DNA of 64,000 bases, taken from positions 21,655,317-21,719,316 of the forward strand of contig NC_092671.1 of assembly GCF_964355755.1 (NCBI RefSeq), given 5' to 3'. A model generated the notes under the pieces. It saw only the letters and a list, made by a program, of their open reading frames with translations. It ran no database searches and had not been told where the DNA came from. The first letter of the stretch is position 1, and the number at the start of each line of letters is the position of its first letter. Origin of the DNA: Antedon mediterranea (taxonomy: Eukaryota; Animalia; Echinodermata). Of this stretch, positions 9,801 to 24,400 are shown one piece after another. Both the position numbers and the translations under genes were made by a program.

Positions 9801-12800
9801 GCTTCAAATCGCATTTGGAGACGTTTTAGACCATTTTGTAATTTTCAAAAAAACTTGTTAACATAAAAACACCAAAGTTCTTAGAATAGCTTCAAATCGC
9901 ATTTGGAGACGTTTTAGACCATTTTGTGCATTTCGATGAAACTTGGTTACACAAAAACATCAAAGTGCTTAAAATCACGTTATAAACCGTTTTAGACCAT
10001 TTGAGCATTTCGATAACACTTTTCACACAAAAACATCAAAGGGCACAATATAGCTTAATATCCTATTTAAAAACGTTTTAGACCATTTTGAGCATTTCGA
10101 CAAAACTTTTTCACACAAAACACCAAAGTGCTTAGAATACCTTCAAATCGCATTTGGAGACGTTTTAGACAATTTTGTGATTTTCGAAAAAACTTAACAT
10201 AAAAACATCAAAGTTTACAGAATAGCTTCAAATCGCTTTTGGAGACGTTTTAGACAATTTTGTGATTTTCGAAAAAACTTGTTAACATAAAAACACCAAA
10301 GTGCTTAGAATAGCTTCAAATCGCATTGGGAGACGTTTTAGACCATTTTGTGATTTTCGAAAAAACTTGTTAACATAAAAACATCAAAGTGTACAGAATA
10401 GCTTCAAATCGCATTTGGAGACGTTTTAGACCATTTTGTGATTTTCGAAAAAACTTGTTAACATAAAAACACCAAAGTGCTTAGAATAGCTTCAAATCGC
10501 ATTTGGAGACGTTTTAAACCATTTTGTGATTTTCGAAAAAACTTGTTAACATAAAAACACCAAAATGTTTAGAATAGCTTCAAATCGCATTTGGAGACGT
10601 TTTAGACCATTTTGTGATTTTCGAAAAAACTTGTTAACACAAAAACACCAAAGTGATTAGAATAGCTTCAAATCGCATTTGGAGACGTTTTAGACCATTT
10701 TGTGATTTTCGAAAAAACTTGTTAACATAAAAACACCAAAGTGATTAGAATAGCTTCAAATCGCATTTGGAGACGTTTTAGACCATTTTGTGCATTTCGA
10801 TGAAACTTGGTTACGCAAAAACATCAAAGTGCTTAAAATCACATTATAAACCGTTTTAGACCATTTTGAGCATATCGATAACACTTTTTACACAAAACAC
10901 CAAAGTGCTTAGAATAGCTTCAAATCGCATTTGGAGACGTTTTAGACCATTTTGTGATTTTCGACAAAACTTTTTCACACAAAACACCAAAGTGCTTAGA
11001 ATACCTTCAAATCGCATTTGGAGACGTTTTAGACCATTTTGTGATTTTCGACAAAACTTTTTCACACAAAACACCAAAGTGCTTAGAATACCTTCAAATC
11101 GCATTTGGAGACGTTTTAGACCATTTTGTGATTTTCGAAAAAACTTGTTAACATAAAAACATCAAAATGTTTAGAATAGCTTCAAATCACATTTGGAGAC
11201 GTTTTAGACCATTTTGTGATTTTCGAAAAAACTTGTTAACACAAAAACACCAAAGTGATTAGAATAGCTTCAAATCGCATTTGGAGACGTTTTAGACCAA
11301 TTTGTGCATTTCGATGAAACTTGGTTACGCAAAAACATCAAAGTGCTTAAAATCACATTATAAACCGTTTTAGACCATTTTGAGCATATCGATAACACTT
11401 TTCACACAAAAACATCAAAGAGCACAATATAGCTTAATATCTTATTTAAAAACGTTTTAGACCATTTTGAGCATTTCGACAAAACTTTTTCACACAAAAC
11501 ACCAAAGTGCTTAGAATAGCTTCAAATCGCATTTGGAGACGTTTTAGACCATTTTGTGATTTTCGAAAAAACTTGTTAACATAAAAACATCAAAGTGCTA
11601 AGAATAGCTTCAAATCGCATTTGGAGACATTTTAGACCAATTAGTGATTTTCGAAAAAACTTGGTTACACAAAAACATCAAAGTGGTTAAAATCACATTA
11701 TAAACCGTTTTAGACCATTTTGAGCATTTCGATAACACTTTTCACACAAAAACATCAAAGTGCTTAGAATAGCTTCAAATCGCATTTGGAGACGTTTTAG
11801 ACCATTTTGTGATTTTCGAAAAAAACTTTTTAACATAAAAACACCAAACTTCTAAGAATAGCTTCAAATCGCATATGGAGACAATTTAGACCATTTTGTG
11901 ATTTTCGAAAAAACTTGTTAACATAAAAACACCAAAGTGCTAAGAATAGCTTCAAATCGCATATGGAGACAATTTAGACCATTTTGTGATTTTCGAAAAA
12001 ACTTGTTAACATAAAAACACCAAAGTGCTTAGAATACCTTCAAATCGCATTTGGAGACGTTTAAGACCATTTTGTGATTTTCGAAAAAACTTGTTAACAT
12101 AAAAACACCAAAGTGCTTAGAATAGCTTCAAATCGCATTTGGAGACGTTTTAGACCAATTTGTGATTTTCGAAAAAACTTGGTTACACAAAAACATCAAA
12201 GTGGATAAAAGCACATTATAAACCGTTTTAGACCATTTTGAGCATTTCGATAACACATTTCACACAAAAACATCAAAGAGCACAAAATAGCTTAATACCG
12301 TATTTAAAAACGTTTTAAACCATTTTGAGCATTTCGACAAAACTTTTTCACACAAAACACCAAAGTGTTTAGAAAAGCTTCAAATCGCATTTGGAGACGT
12401 TTTAGACCATTTTGGGATTTTCGAAAAAACTTGTTAACATAAAAACACCAAAGTGCTTAGAATAGCTTCAAATCGCATTTGAAGACGTTTTAGACCATTT
12501 TGTAATTTTCGAAAAAACTTGTTAACATAAAAACACCAAAATGTTTAGAATAGCTTCAAATCGCATTTGGAGACGTTTTAGACCATTTTGTGATTTTCGA
12601 AAAAACTTGTTAACACAAAAACACCAAAGTGATTAGAATAGCTTCAAATCGCATTTGGAGACGTTTTAGACCATTTTGTGATTTTCGAAAAAACTTGTTA
12701 ACATAAAAACACTAAAGTGATTAGAATAGCTTCAAATCGCATTTGGAGACGTTTTAGACCATTTTGTGCATTTCGATGAAACTTGGTTACGCAAAAACAT

Positions 12801-15800
12801 CAAAGTAATAATCACATTATAAACAGTTTTAGACCATTTTGAGCATATCGATAAAACTTTTTACACAAAACACCAAAGTGCTTAGAATAGCTTCAAATCG
12901 CATTTGGAGACGTTTTAGACCATTTTGTGATTTTCGACAAAACTTTTTCACACAAAACACCAAAGTGCTTAGAATACCTTCAAATCGCATTTGGAGACGT
13001 TTTAGACCATTTTGTGATTTTCGAAAAAACTTGTTAACATAAAAACATCAAAGTGTACAGATTAGCTTCAAATCGCATTTGGAGACGTTTTAGACCATTT
13101 TGTGATTTTCGAAAAAACTTGTTAACATAAAAACACCAAAGTGCTTAGAATAGCTTCAAATCGCATTAGGAGACGTTTTAGACCATTTTGTTATTTTCGA
13201 AAAAACTTGTTAACATAAAAACACCAAAATGTTTAGAATAGCTTCAAATCGCATTTGGAGACGTTTTAGACCATTTTGTGATTTTCGAAAAAACTTGTTA
13301 ACATAAAAACACCAAAGTGCTTAGAATACCTTCAAATCGCATTTGGAGACGTTTTAGACCATTTTGTGATTTTCCAAAAAACTTGTTAACATAAAAACAT
13401 CAAAGTGTACAGAATAGCTTCAAATCGCATTTGGAGACGTTTTAGACCATTTTGTGATTTTCGAAAAAACTTGTTAACATAAAAACACCAAAGTGCTTAG
13501 AATAGCTTCAAATCGCATTAGGAGACGTTTTAGACCATTTTGTGATTTTCGAAAAAACTTGTTAACATAAAAACACCAAAGTGCTTAGAATAGCTTCAAA
13601 TCGCATTTGGAGACGTTTTAGACCATTTTGTGATTTTCGAAAAAACTTGTTAACACAAAAACACCAAAGTGATTAGAATAGCTTCAAATCGCATTTGGAG
13701 ACGTTTTAGACCAATTTGTGCATTTCGATGAAACTTGGTTACGCAAAAACATCAAAGTGCTTAAAATCACATTATAAACCGTTTTAGACCATTTTGAGCA
13801 TATCGATAACACTTTTCACACAAAAACATCAAAGAGCACAATATAGCTTAATATCTTATTTAAAAACGTTTTAGACCATTTTGAGCATTTCGACAAAACT
13901 TTTTCACACAAAACACCAAAGTGCTTAGAATAGCTTCAAATCGCATTTGGAGACGTTTTAGACCATTTTGTGATTTTCGAAAAAACTTTTTCACACAAAA
14001 CACCAAAGTGCTTAGAATACCTTCAAATCGCATTTGGAGACGTTTTAGACCATTTTGTGATTTTCGAAAAAACTTGTTAACATAAAAACATCAAAGTGTA
14101 CAGAATAGCTTCAAATCGCATTTGGAGACGTTTTAGACCATTTTGTGATTTTCGAAAAAACTTGTTAACATAAAAACACCAAAGTGCTTAGAATAGCTTC
14201 AAATCGCATTAGGAGACGTTTTAGACCATTTTGTGATTTTCGAAAAAACTTGTTAACACAAAAACACCAAAGTGCTTAGAATAGCTTCAAATCGCATTTG
14301 GAGACGTTTTAGACCATTTTGTGATTTTCGAAAAAACTTGTTAACATTAAAACACCAAAATGTTTAGAATAGCTTCAAATCGCATTTGGAGACGTTTTAG
14401 ACCATTTTGTGATTTTCGAAAAAACTTGTTAACACAAAAACACCAAAGTGATTAGAATAGCTTCAAATCGCATTTGGAGACGTTTTAGACCATTTTGTGC
14501 ATTTCGATGAAACTTGGTTACGGAAAAACATCAAAGTGCTTAAAATCACATTATAAACCGTTTTAGACCATTTTGAGCATATCGATAACACTTTTCACAC
14601 AAAAACATCAAAGAGCACAATATAGCTTAATATCGTATTTAAAAACGTTTTAGACCATTTTGAGCATTTCGACAAAACTTTTTCACACAAAACACCAAAG
14701 TGCTTAGAATAGCTTCAAATCGCATTTGGAGACGTTTTAGACCATTTTGTGATTTTCGAAAAAACTTGTTAACATAAAAACATCAAAGTGCTAAGAATAG
14801 TTTCAAATCGAATTTGGAGACATTTTAGACCAATTAGTGATTTTCGAAAAAACTTGGTTACACAAAAACATCAAAGTGGTTAAAATCACATTATAAACCG
14901 TTTTAGACCATTTTGAGCATTTCGATAACACTTTTCACACAAAAACATCAAAGTGCTTAGAATAGCTTCAAATCGCATTTGGAGACGTTTTAGACCATTT
15001 TGTGATTTTCGAAAAAAACTTTTTAACATAAAAACACCAAACTGCTAAGAATAGCTTCAAATCGCATATGGAGACAATTTAGACCATTTTGTGATTTTCG
15101 AAAAAACTTGTTAACATAAAAACACCAAAGTGCTTAGAATACCTTCAAATCGCATTTGGAGACATTTTAGACCATTTTGTGATTTTCGAAAAAACTTGTT
15201 AACATAAAAACATCAAAGTGCTAAGAATAGCTTCCAATCGCATTTGTAGACGTTTTAGACCATTTTGTGATTTTCGAAAACAACTTGTTAACATAAAAAC
15301 ACCAAAGTGCTTAGAATAGCTTCAAATCGCATTTGGAGACGTTTTAGACCATTTTGTGATTTTCGAAAAAACTTGTTAACATAAAAACATCAAAGTGCTA
15401 AGAATAGCTTCAAATCGAATTTGGAGACATTTTAGACCAATTAGTGATTTTCGAAAAAACTTGGTTACACAAAAACATCAAAGTGGTTAAAATCACATTA
15501 TAAACCGTTTTAGACCATTTTGAGCATTTCGATAACACTTTTCACACAAAAACATCAAAGTGCTTAGAATAGCTTCAAATCGCATTTGGAGACGTTTTAG
15601 ACCATTTTGTGATTTTCGAAAAAAACTTTTTAACATAAAAACACCAAACTGCTAAGAATAGCTTCAAATCGCATATGGAGACAATTTAGACCATTTTGTG
15701 ATTTTCGAAAAAACTTGTTAACATAAAAACACCAAAGTGCTTAGAATACCTTCAAATCGCATTTGGAGACATTTTAGACCATTTTGTGATTTTCGAAAAA

Positions 15801-16791
15801 ACTTGTTAACATAAAAACATCAAAGTGCTAAGAATAGCTTCCAATCGCATTTGGAGACGTTTTAGACCATTTTGTGATTTTCGAAAAAACTTGTTAACAT
15901 AAAAACACCAAAGTGATTAGAATAGCTTCAAATCGCATTTGGAGACGTTTTAGACCATTTTGTGCATTTCGATGAAACTTGGTTACGCAAAAACATCAAA
16001 GTGCTTAAAATCACATTATAAACCGTTTTAGACCATTTTGAGCATATCGATAACACTTTTTACACAAAACACCAAAGTGCTTAGAATAGCTTCAAATCGC
16101 ATTTGGAGACGTTTTAGACCATTTTGTGATTTTCGACAAAACTTTTTCACACAAAACACCAAAGTGCTTAGAATACCTTCAAATCGCATTTGGAGACGTT
16201 TTAGACCATTTTGTGATTTTCGAAAAAACTTGTTAACATAAAAACATCAAAGTGTACAGAATAGCTTCAAATCGCATTTGGAGACGTTTTAGACCATTTT
16301 GTGATTTTCGAAAAAACTTGTTAACATAAAAACACCAAAGTGCTTAGAATAGCTTCAAATCGCATTTGGAGACGTTTTAGACCATTTTGTGATTTTCGAA
16401 AAAACTTGTTAACATAAAAACACCAAAGTGCTTAGAATAGCTTCAAATCGCATTAGGAGACGTTTTAGACCATTTTGTGATTTTCGAAAAAACTTGTTAA
16501 CATAAAAACACCAAAGTGCTTAGAATAGCTTCAAATCGCATTTGGAGACGTTTTAGACCATTTTGTGATTTTCGAAAAAACTTGTTAACATAAAAAAAAC
16601 AAAGTTCTTAAAATAGCTTCAAATCGCATTTGGAGACGTTTTAGACCATTTTGTGATTTTCGAAAAAACCTGTTAACATAAAAACACCAAAGTGTTTAGA
16701 AAAGCTTCAAATCGCATTTGGAGACGTTTTAGACCATTTTGGGATTTTCGAAAAAACTTGTTAACATAAAAACACCAAAGTGCTTAGAATA
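9801..16791 (+). repeat. Tandem satellite array (segment 2)
   Basis: Same monomer family and orientation; resumes at GCTTCAAATC, exactly where it was interrupted. Confidence 0.98.
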
Positions 16792-17148
16792 TGGCCGAGC
16801 GGTTAAGGCAGGGGCGCCGTTTATCGTACCTAAAGAGCCAACAACAACATCGGCAAGGGTTCGAGGCCGACTCGCTCCTAGTTCTGGTGGTGGAAAAAGT
16901 CTTCTCGGATAAGGACTATAAACCGTAGGTCCAGTGTACACAGTTATAACATGTGTGTACTTTAAATAACCCAGTTCATTATTCGAAAAAGAGTAGGGGG
17001 TTACCCCGGTGAACTGGTTCACACAATAGCCTCTGTATCAGGGGGATTACCACCTATCTGATAGGACAGTGATTAATTCACTATTGGTAATCCTTGGCCA
17101 CAGTGCCTAAAGACATAAAATAAAATAAAAATAAATAAATAAATAATA
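16792..17148 (+). mobile_element. tRNA-derived SINE, copy 2
   Basis: Same 357-bp sequence and junctions, 7348 bp after copy 1. Differs from copy 1 at 16896, 16967 and 17055. Confidence 0.9.
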
Positions 17149-20100
17149 GCTTCAAATCGCATTTGGAGACGTTTTAGACCATTTTGTAATTTTCAAAATA
17201 ACTTGTTAACATAAAAACACCAAAGTTCTTAGAATAGCTTCAAATCGCATTTGGAGACGTTTTAGACCATTTTGTGCATTTCGATGAAACTTGGTTACAC
17301 AAAAACATCAAAGTGCTTAAAATCACATTATAAACCGTTTTAGACCATTTGAGCATTTCGATAACACTTTTCACACAAAAACATCAAAGTTCACAATATA
17401 GCTTAATATCCTATTTAAAAACGTTTTAGACCATTTTGAGCATTTCGACAAAACTTTTTCACACAAAACACCAAAGTGCTTAGAATACCTTCAAATCGCA
17501 TTTGGAGACGTTTTAGACAATTTTGTGATTTTCGAAAAAACTTGTTAACATAAAAACATCAAAGTTTACAGAATAGCTTCAAATCGCATTTGGAGACGTT
17601 TTAGACAATTTTGTGATTTTCGAAAAAACTTGTTAACATAAAAACACCAAAGTGCTTAGAATAGCTTCAAATCGCATTGGGAGACGTTTTAGACCATTTT
17701 GTGATTTTCGAAAAAACTTGTTAACATAAAAACACCAAAGTGCTTAGAATAGCTTCAAATCGCATTTGGAGACGTTTTAGACCATTTTGTGATTTTCGAA
17801 AAAACTTGTTAACATAAAAACACCAAAGTTCTTAAAATAGCTTCAAATCGCATTTGGAGACGTTTTAGACCATTTTGTGATTTTCGAAAAAACTTGTTAA
17901 CATAAAAACACCAAAGTGTTTAGAAAAGCTTCAAATCGCATTTGGAGACGTTTTAGACCATTTTGGGATTTTTGAAAAAACTTGTTAACATAAAAACACC
18001 AAAGTGCTTAGAATAGCTTCAAATCGCATTTGGAGACGTTTTAGACCATTTTGTAATTTTCAAAAAAACTTGTTAACATAAAAACACCAAAGTTCTTAGA
18101 ATAGCTTCAAATCGCATTTGGAGACGTTTTAGACCATTTTGTGCATTTCGATGAAACTTGGTTACACAAAAACATCAAAGTGCTTAAAATCACGTTATAA
18201 ACCGTTTTAGACCATTTGAGCATTTCGATAACACTTTTCACACAAAAACATCAAAGGGCACAATATAGCTTAATATCCTATTTAAAAACGTTTTAGACCA
18301 TTTTGAGCATTTCGACAAAACTTTTTCACACAAAACACCAAAGTGCTTAGAATACCTTCAAATCGCATTTGGAGACGTTTTAGACAATTTTGTGATTTTC
18401 GAAAAAACTTAACATAAAAACATCAAAGTTTACAGAATAGCTTCAAATCGCTTTTGGAGACGTTTTAGACAATTTTGTGATTTTCGAAAAAACTTGTTAA
18501 CATAAAAACACCAAAGTGCTTAGAATAGCTTCAAATCGCATTGGGAGACGTTTAAGACCATTTTGTGATTTTCGAAAAAACTTGTTAACATAAAAACATC
18601 AAAGTGTACAGAATAGCTTCAAATCGCATTTGGAGACGTTTTAGACCATTTTGTGATTTTCGAAAAAACTTGTTAACATAAAAACACCAAAGTGCTTAGA
18701 ATAGCTTCAAATCGCATTTGGAGACGTTTTAAACCATTTTGTGATTTTCGAAAAAACTTGTTAACATAAAAACACCAAAATGTTTAGAATAGCTTCAAAT
18801 CGCATTTGGAGACGTTTTAGACCATTTTGTGATTTTCGAAAAAACTTGTTAACACAAAAACACCAAAGTGATTAGAATAGCTTCAAATCGCATTTGGAGA
18901 CGTTTTAGACCATTTTGTGATTTTCGAAAAAACTTGTTAACATAAAAACACCAAAGTGATTAGAATAGCTTCAAATCGCATTTGGAGACGTTTTAGACCA
19001 TTTTGTGCATTTCGATGAAACTTGGTTACGCAAAAACATCAAAGTGCTTAAAATCACATTATAAACCGTTTTAGACCATTTTGAGCATATCGATAACACT
19101 TTTTACACAAAACACCAAAGTGCTTAGAATAGCTTCAAATCGCATTTGGAGACGTTTTAGACCATTTTGTGATTTTCGACAAAACTTTTTCACACAAAAC
19201 ACCAAAGTGCTTAGAATACCTTCAAATCGCATTTGGAGACGTTTTAGACCATTTTGTGATTTTCGAAAAAACTTGTTAACATAAAAACATCAAAATGTTT
19301 AGAATAGCTTCAAATCACATTTGGAGACGTTTTAGACCATTTTGTGATTTTCGAAAAAACTTGTTAACACAAAAACACCAAAGTGATTAGAATAGCTTCA
19401 AATCGCATTTGGAGACGTTTTAGACCAATTTGTGCATTTCGATGAAACTTGGTTACGCAAAAACATCAAAGTGCTTAAAATCACATTATAAACCGTTTTA
19501 GACCATTTTGAGCATATCGATAACACTTTTCACACAAAAACATCAAAGAGCACAATATAGCTTAATATCTTATTTAAAAACGTTTTAGACCATTTTGAGC
19601 ATTTCGACAAAACTTTTTCACACAAAACACCAAAGTGCTTAGAATAGCTTCAAATCGCATTTGGAGACGTTTTAGACCATTTTGTGATTTTCGAAAAAAC
19701 TTGTTAACATAAAAACATCAAAGTGCTAAGAATAGCTTCAAATCGCATTTGGAGACATTTTAGACCAATTAGTGATTTTCGAAAAAACTTGGTTACACAA
19801 AAACATCAAAGTGGTTAAAATCACATTATAAACCGTTTTAGACCATTTTGAGCATTTCGATAACACTTTTCACACAAAAACATCAAAGTGCTTAGAATAG
19901 CTTCAAATCGCATTTGGAGACGTTTTAGACCATTTTGTGATTTTCGAAAAAAACTTTTTAACATAAAAACACCAAACTTCTAAGAATAGCTTCAAATCGC
20001 ATATGGAGACAATTTAGACCATTTTGTGATTTTCGAAAAAACTTGTTAACATAAAAACACCAAAGTGCTAAGAATAGCTTCAAATCGCATATGGAGACAA

Positions 20101-21120
20101 TTTAGACCATTTTGTGATTTTCGAAAAAACTTGTTAACATAAAAACACCAAAGTGCTTAGAATACCTTCAAATCGCATTTGGAGACGTTTAAGACCATTT
20201 TGTGATTTTCGAAAAAACTTGTTAACATAAAAACACCAAAGTGCTTAGAATAGCTTCAAATCGCATTTGGAGACGTTTTAGACCAATTTGTGATTTTCGA
20301 AAAAACTTGGTTACACAAAAACATCAAAGTGGATAAAAGCACATTATAAACCGTTTTAGACCATTTTGAGCATTTCGATAACACATTTCACACAAAAACA
20401 TCAAAGAGCACAAAATAGCTTAATATCGTATTTAAAAACGTTTTAAACCATTTTGAGCATTTCGACAAAACTTTTTCACACAAAACACCAAAGTGTTTAG
20501 AAAAGCTTCAAATCGCATTTGGAGACGTTTTAGACCATTTTGGGATTTTCGAAAAAACTTGTTAACATAAAAACACCAAAGTGCTTAGAATAGCTTCAAA
20601 TCGCATTTGAAGACGTTTTAGACCATTTTGTAATTTTCGAAAAAACTTGTTAACATAAAAACACCAAAATGTTTAGAATAGCTTCAAATCGCATTTGGAG
20701 ACGTTTTAGACCATTTTGTGATTTTCGAAAAAACTTGTTAACATAAAAACACCAAAGTGCTTAGAATAGCTTCAAATCGCATTAGGAGACGTTTTAGACC
20801 ATTTTGTGATTTTCGAAAAAACTTGTTAACATAAAAACACCAAAGTGCTTAGAATAGCTTCAAATCGCATTTGGAGACGTTTTAGACCATTTTGTGATTT
20901 TCGAAAAAACTTGTTAACATAAAAAAAACAAAGTTCTTAAAATAGCTTCAAATCGCATTTGGAGACGTTTTAGACCATTTTGTGATTTTCGAAAAAACCT
21001 GTTAACATAAAAACACCAAAGTGTTTAGAAAAGCTTCAAATCGCATTTGGAGACGTTTTAGACCATTTTGGGATTTTCGAAAAAACTTGTTAACATAAAA
21101 ACACCAAAGTGCTTAGAATA
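17149..21120 (+). repeat. Tandem satellite array (segment 3, 46 monomer lengths between SINE copies 2 and 3)
   Basis: 3972 bp = 46 x 88 minus 76 bp, accounted for by six short-monomer cassettes and one 3-bp deletion. Confidence 0.97.
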
Positions 21121-21477
21121 TGGCCGAGCGGTTAAGGCAGGGGCGCCGTTTATCGTACCTAAAGAGCCAACAACAACATCGGCAAGGGTTCGAGGCCGAC
21201 TCGCTCCTAGTTCTGGTGGTGGAACAAGTCTTCTCGGATAAGGACTATAAACCGTAGGTCCAGTGTACACAGTTATAACATGTGTGTACTTTAAATAACC
21301 CAGTTCATTATTCGAAAAAGAGTAGGGGGTTACCCCGGTGAACTGGTTCACACAATAGCCTCTGTATCAGGGGGATTACCACCTATCTGATAGGACAGTG
21401 ATTAATTCACTATTGGTAATCCTTGGCCACAGTGCCTAAAGACATAAAATAAAATAAAAATAAATAAATAAATAATA
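21121..21477 (+). mobile_element. tRNA-derived SINE, copy 3
   Basis: Same sequence and junctions, 4329 bp after copy 2. One difference from copy 2 and two from copy 1 (21296, 21384). Confidence 0.9.
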
Positions 21478-24400
21478 GCTTCAAATCGCATTTGGAGACG
21501 TTTTAGACCATTTTGTAATTTTCAAAAAAACTTGTTAACATAAAAACACCAAAGTTCTTAGAATAGCTTCAAATCGCATTTGGAGACGTTTTAGACCATT
21601 TTGTGCATTTCGATGAAACTTGGTTACACAAAAACATCAAAGTGCTTAAAATCACATTATAAACCGTTTTAGACCATTTGAGCATTTCGATAACACTTTT
21701 CACACAAAAACATCAAAGTTCACAATATAGCTTAATATCCTATTTAAAAACGTTTTAGACCATTTTGAGCATTTCGACAAAACTTTTTCACACAAAACAC
21801 CAAAGTGCTTAGAATACCTTCAAATCGCATTTGGAGACGTTTTAGACAATTTTGTGATTTTCGAAAAAACTTGTTAACATAAAAACATCAAAGTTTACAG
21901 AATAGCTTCAAATCGCATTTGGAGACGTTTTAGACAATTTTGTGATTTTCGAAAAAACTTGTTAACATAAAAACACCAAAGTGCTTAGAATAGCTTCAAA
22001 TCGCATTGGGAGACGTTTTAGACCATTTTGTGATTTTCGAAAAAACTTGTTAACATAAAAACACCAAAGTGCTTAGAATAGCTTCAAATCGCATTTGGAG
22101 ACGTTTTAGACCATTTTGTGATTTTCGAAAAAACTTGTTAACATAAAAACACCAAAGTTCTTAAAATAGCTTCAAATCGCATTTGGAGACGTTTTAGACC
22201 ATTTTGTGATTTTCGAAAAAACTTGTTAACATAAAAACACCAAAGTGTTTAGAAAAGCTTCAAATCGCATTTGGAGACGTTTTAGACCATTTTGGGATTT
22301 TTGAAAAAACTTGTTAACATAAAAACACCAAAGTGCTTAGAATAGCTTCAAATCGCATTTGGAGACGTTTTAGACCATTTTGTAATTTTCAAAAAAACTT
22401 GTTAACATAAAAACACCAAAGTTCTTAGAATAGCTTCAAATCGCATTTGGAGACGTTTTAGACCATTTTGTGCATTTCGATGAAACTTGGTTACACAAAA
22501 ACATCAAAGTGCTTAAAATCACGTTATAAACCGTTTTAGACCATTTGAGCATTTCGATAACACTTTTCACACAAAAACATCAAAGGGCACAATATAGCTT
22601 AATATCCTATTTAAAAACGTTTTAGACCATTTTGAGCATTTCGACAAAACTTTTTCACACAAAACACCAAAGTGCTTAGAATACCTTCAAATCGCATTTG
22701 GAGACGTTTTAGACAATTTTGTGATTTTCGAAAAAACTTAACATAAAAACATCAAAGTTTACAGAATAGCTTCAAATCGCTTTTGGAGACGTTTTAGACA
22801 ATTTTGTGATTTTCGAAAAAACTTGTTAACATAAAAACACCAAAGTGCTTAGAATAGCTTCAAATCGCATTGGGAGACGTTTAAGACCATTTTGTGATTT
22901 TCGAAAAAACTTGTTAACATAAAAACATCAAAGTGTACAGAATAGCTTCAAATCGCATTTGGAGACGTTTTAGACCATTTTGTGATTTTCGAAAAAACTT
23001 GTTAACATAAAAACACCAAAGTGCTTAGAATAGCTTCAAATCGCATTTGGAGACGTTTTAAACCATTTTGTGATTTTCGAAAAAACTTGTTAACATAAAA
23101 ACACCAAAGTGATTAGAATAGCTTCAAATCGCATTTGGAGACGTTTTAGACCATTTTGTGCATTTCGATGAAACTTGGTTACGCAAAAACATCAAAGTGC
23201 TTAAAATCACATTATAAACCGTTTTAGACCATTTTGAGCATATCGATAACACTTTTTACACAAAACACCAAAGTGCTTAGAATAGCTTCAAATCGCATTT
23301 GGAGACGTTTTAGACCATTTTGTGATTTTCGACAAAACTTTTTCACACAAAACACCAAAGTGCTTAGAATACCTTCAAATCGCATTTGGAGACGTTTTAG
23401 ACCATTTTGTGATTTTCGAAAAAACTTGTTAACATAAAAACATCAAAATGTTTAGAATAGCTTCAAATCACATTTGGAGACGTTTTAGACCATTTTGTGA
23501 TTTTCGAAAAAACTTGTTAACACAAAAACACCAAAGTGATTAGAATAGCTTCAAATCGCATTTGGAGACGTTTTAGACCAATTTGTGCATTTCGATGAAA
23601 CTTGGTTACGCAAAAACATCAAAGTGCTTAAAATCACATTATAAACCGTTTTAGACCATTTTGAGCATATCGATAACACTTTTCACACAAAAACATCAAA
23701 GAGCACAATATAGCTTAATATCTTATTTAAAAACGTTTTAGACCATTTTGAGCATTTCGACAAAACTTTTTCACACAAAACACCAAAGTGCTTAGAATAG
23801 CTTCAAATCGCATTTGGAGACGTTTTAGACCATTTTGTGATTTTCGAAAAAACTTGTTAACATAAAAACATCAAAGTGCTAAGAATAGCTTCAAATCGCA
23901 TTTGGAGACATTTTAGACCAATTAGTGATTTTCGAAAAAACTTGGTTACACAAAAACATCAAAGTGGTTAAAATCACATTATAAACCGTTTTAGACCATT
24001 TTGAGCATTTCGATAACACTTTTCACACAAAAACATCAAAGTGCTTAGAATAGCTTCAAATCGCATTTGGAGACGTTTTAGACCATTTTGTGATTTTCGA
24101 AAAAAACTTTTTAACATAAAAACACCAAACTTCTAAGAATAGCTTCAAATCGCATATGGAGACAATTTAGACCATTTTGTGATTTTCGAAAAAACTTGTT
24201 AACATAAAAACACCAAAGTGCTAAGAATAGCTTCAAATCGCATATGGAGACAATTTAGACCATTTTGTGATTTTCGAAAAAACTTGTTAACATAAAAACA
24301 CCAAAGTGCTTAGAATACCTTCAAATCGCATTTGGAGACGTTTAAGACCATTTTGTGATTTTCGAAAAAACTTGTTAACATAAAAACACCAAAGTGCTTA

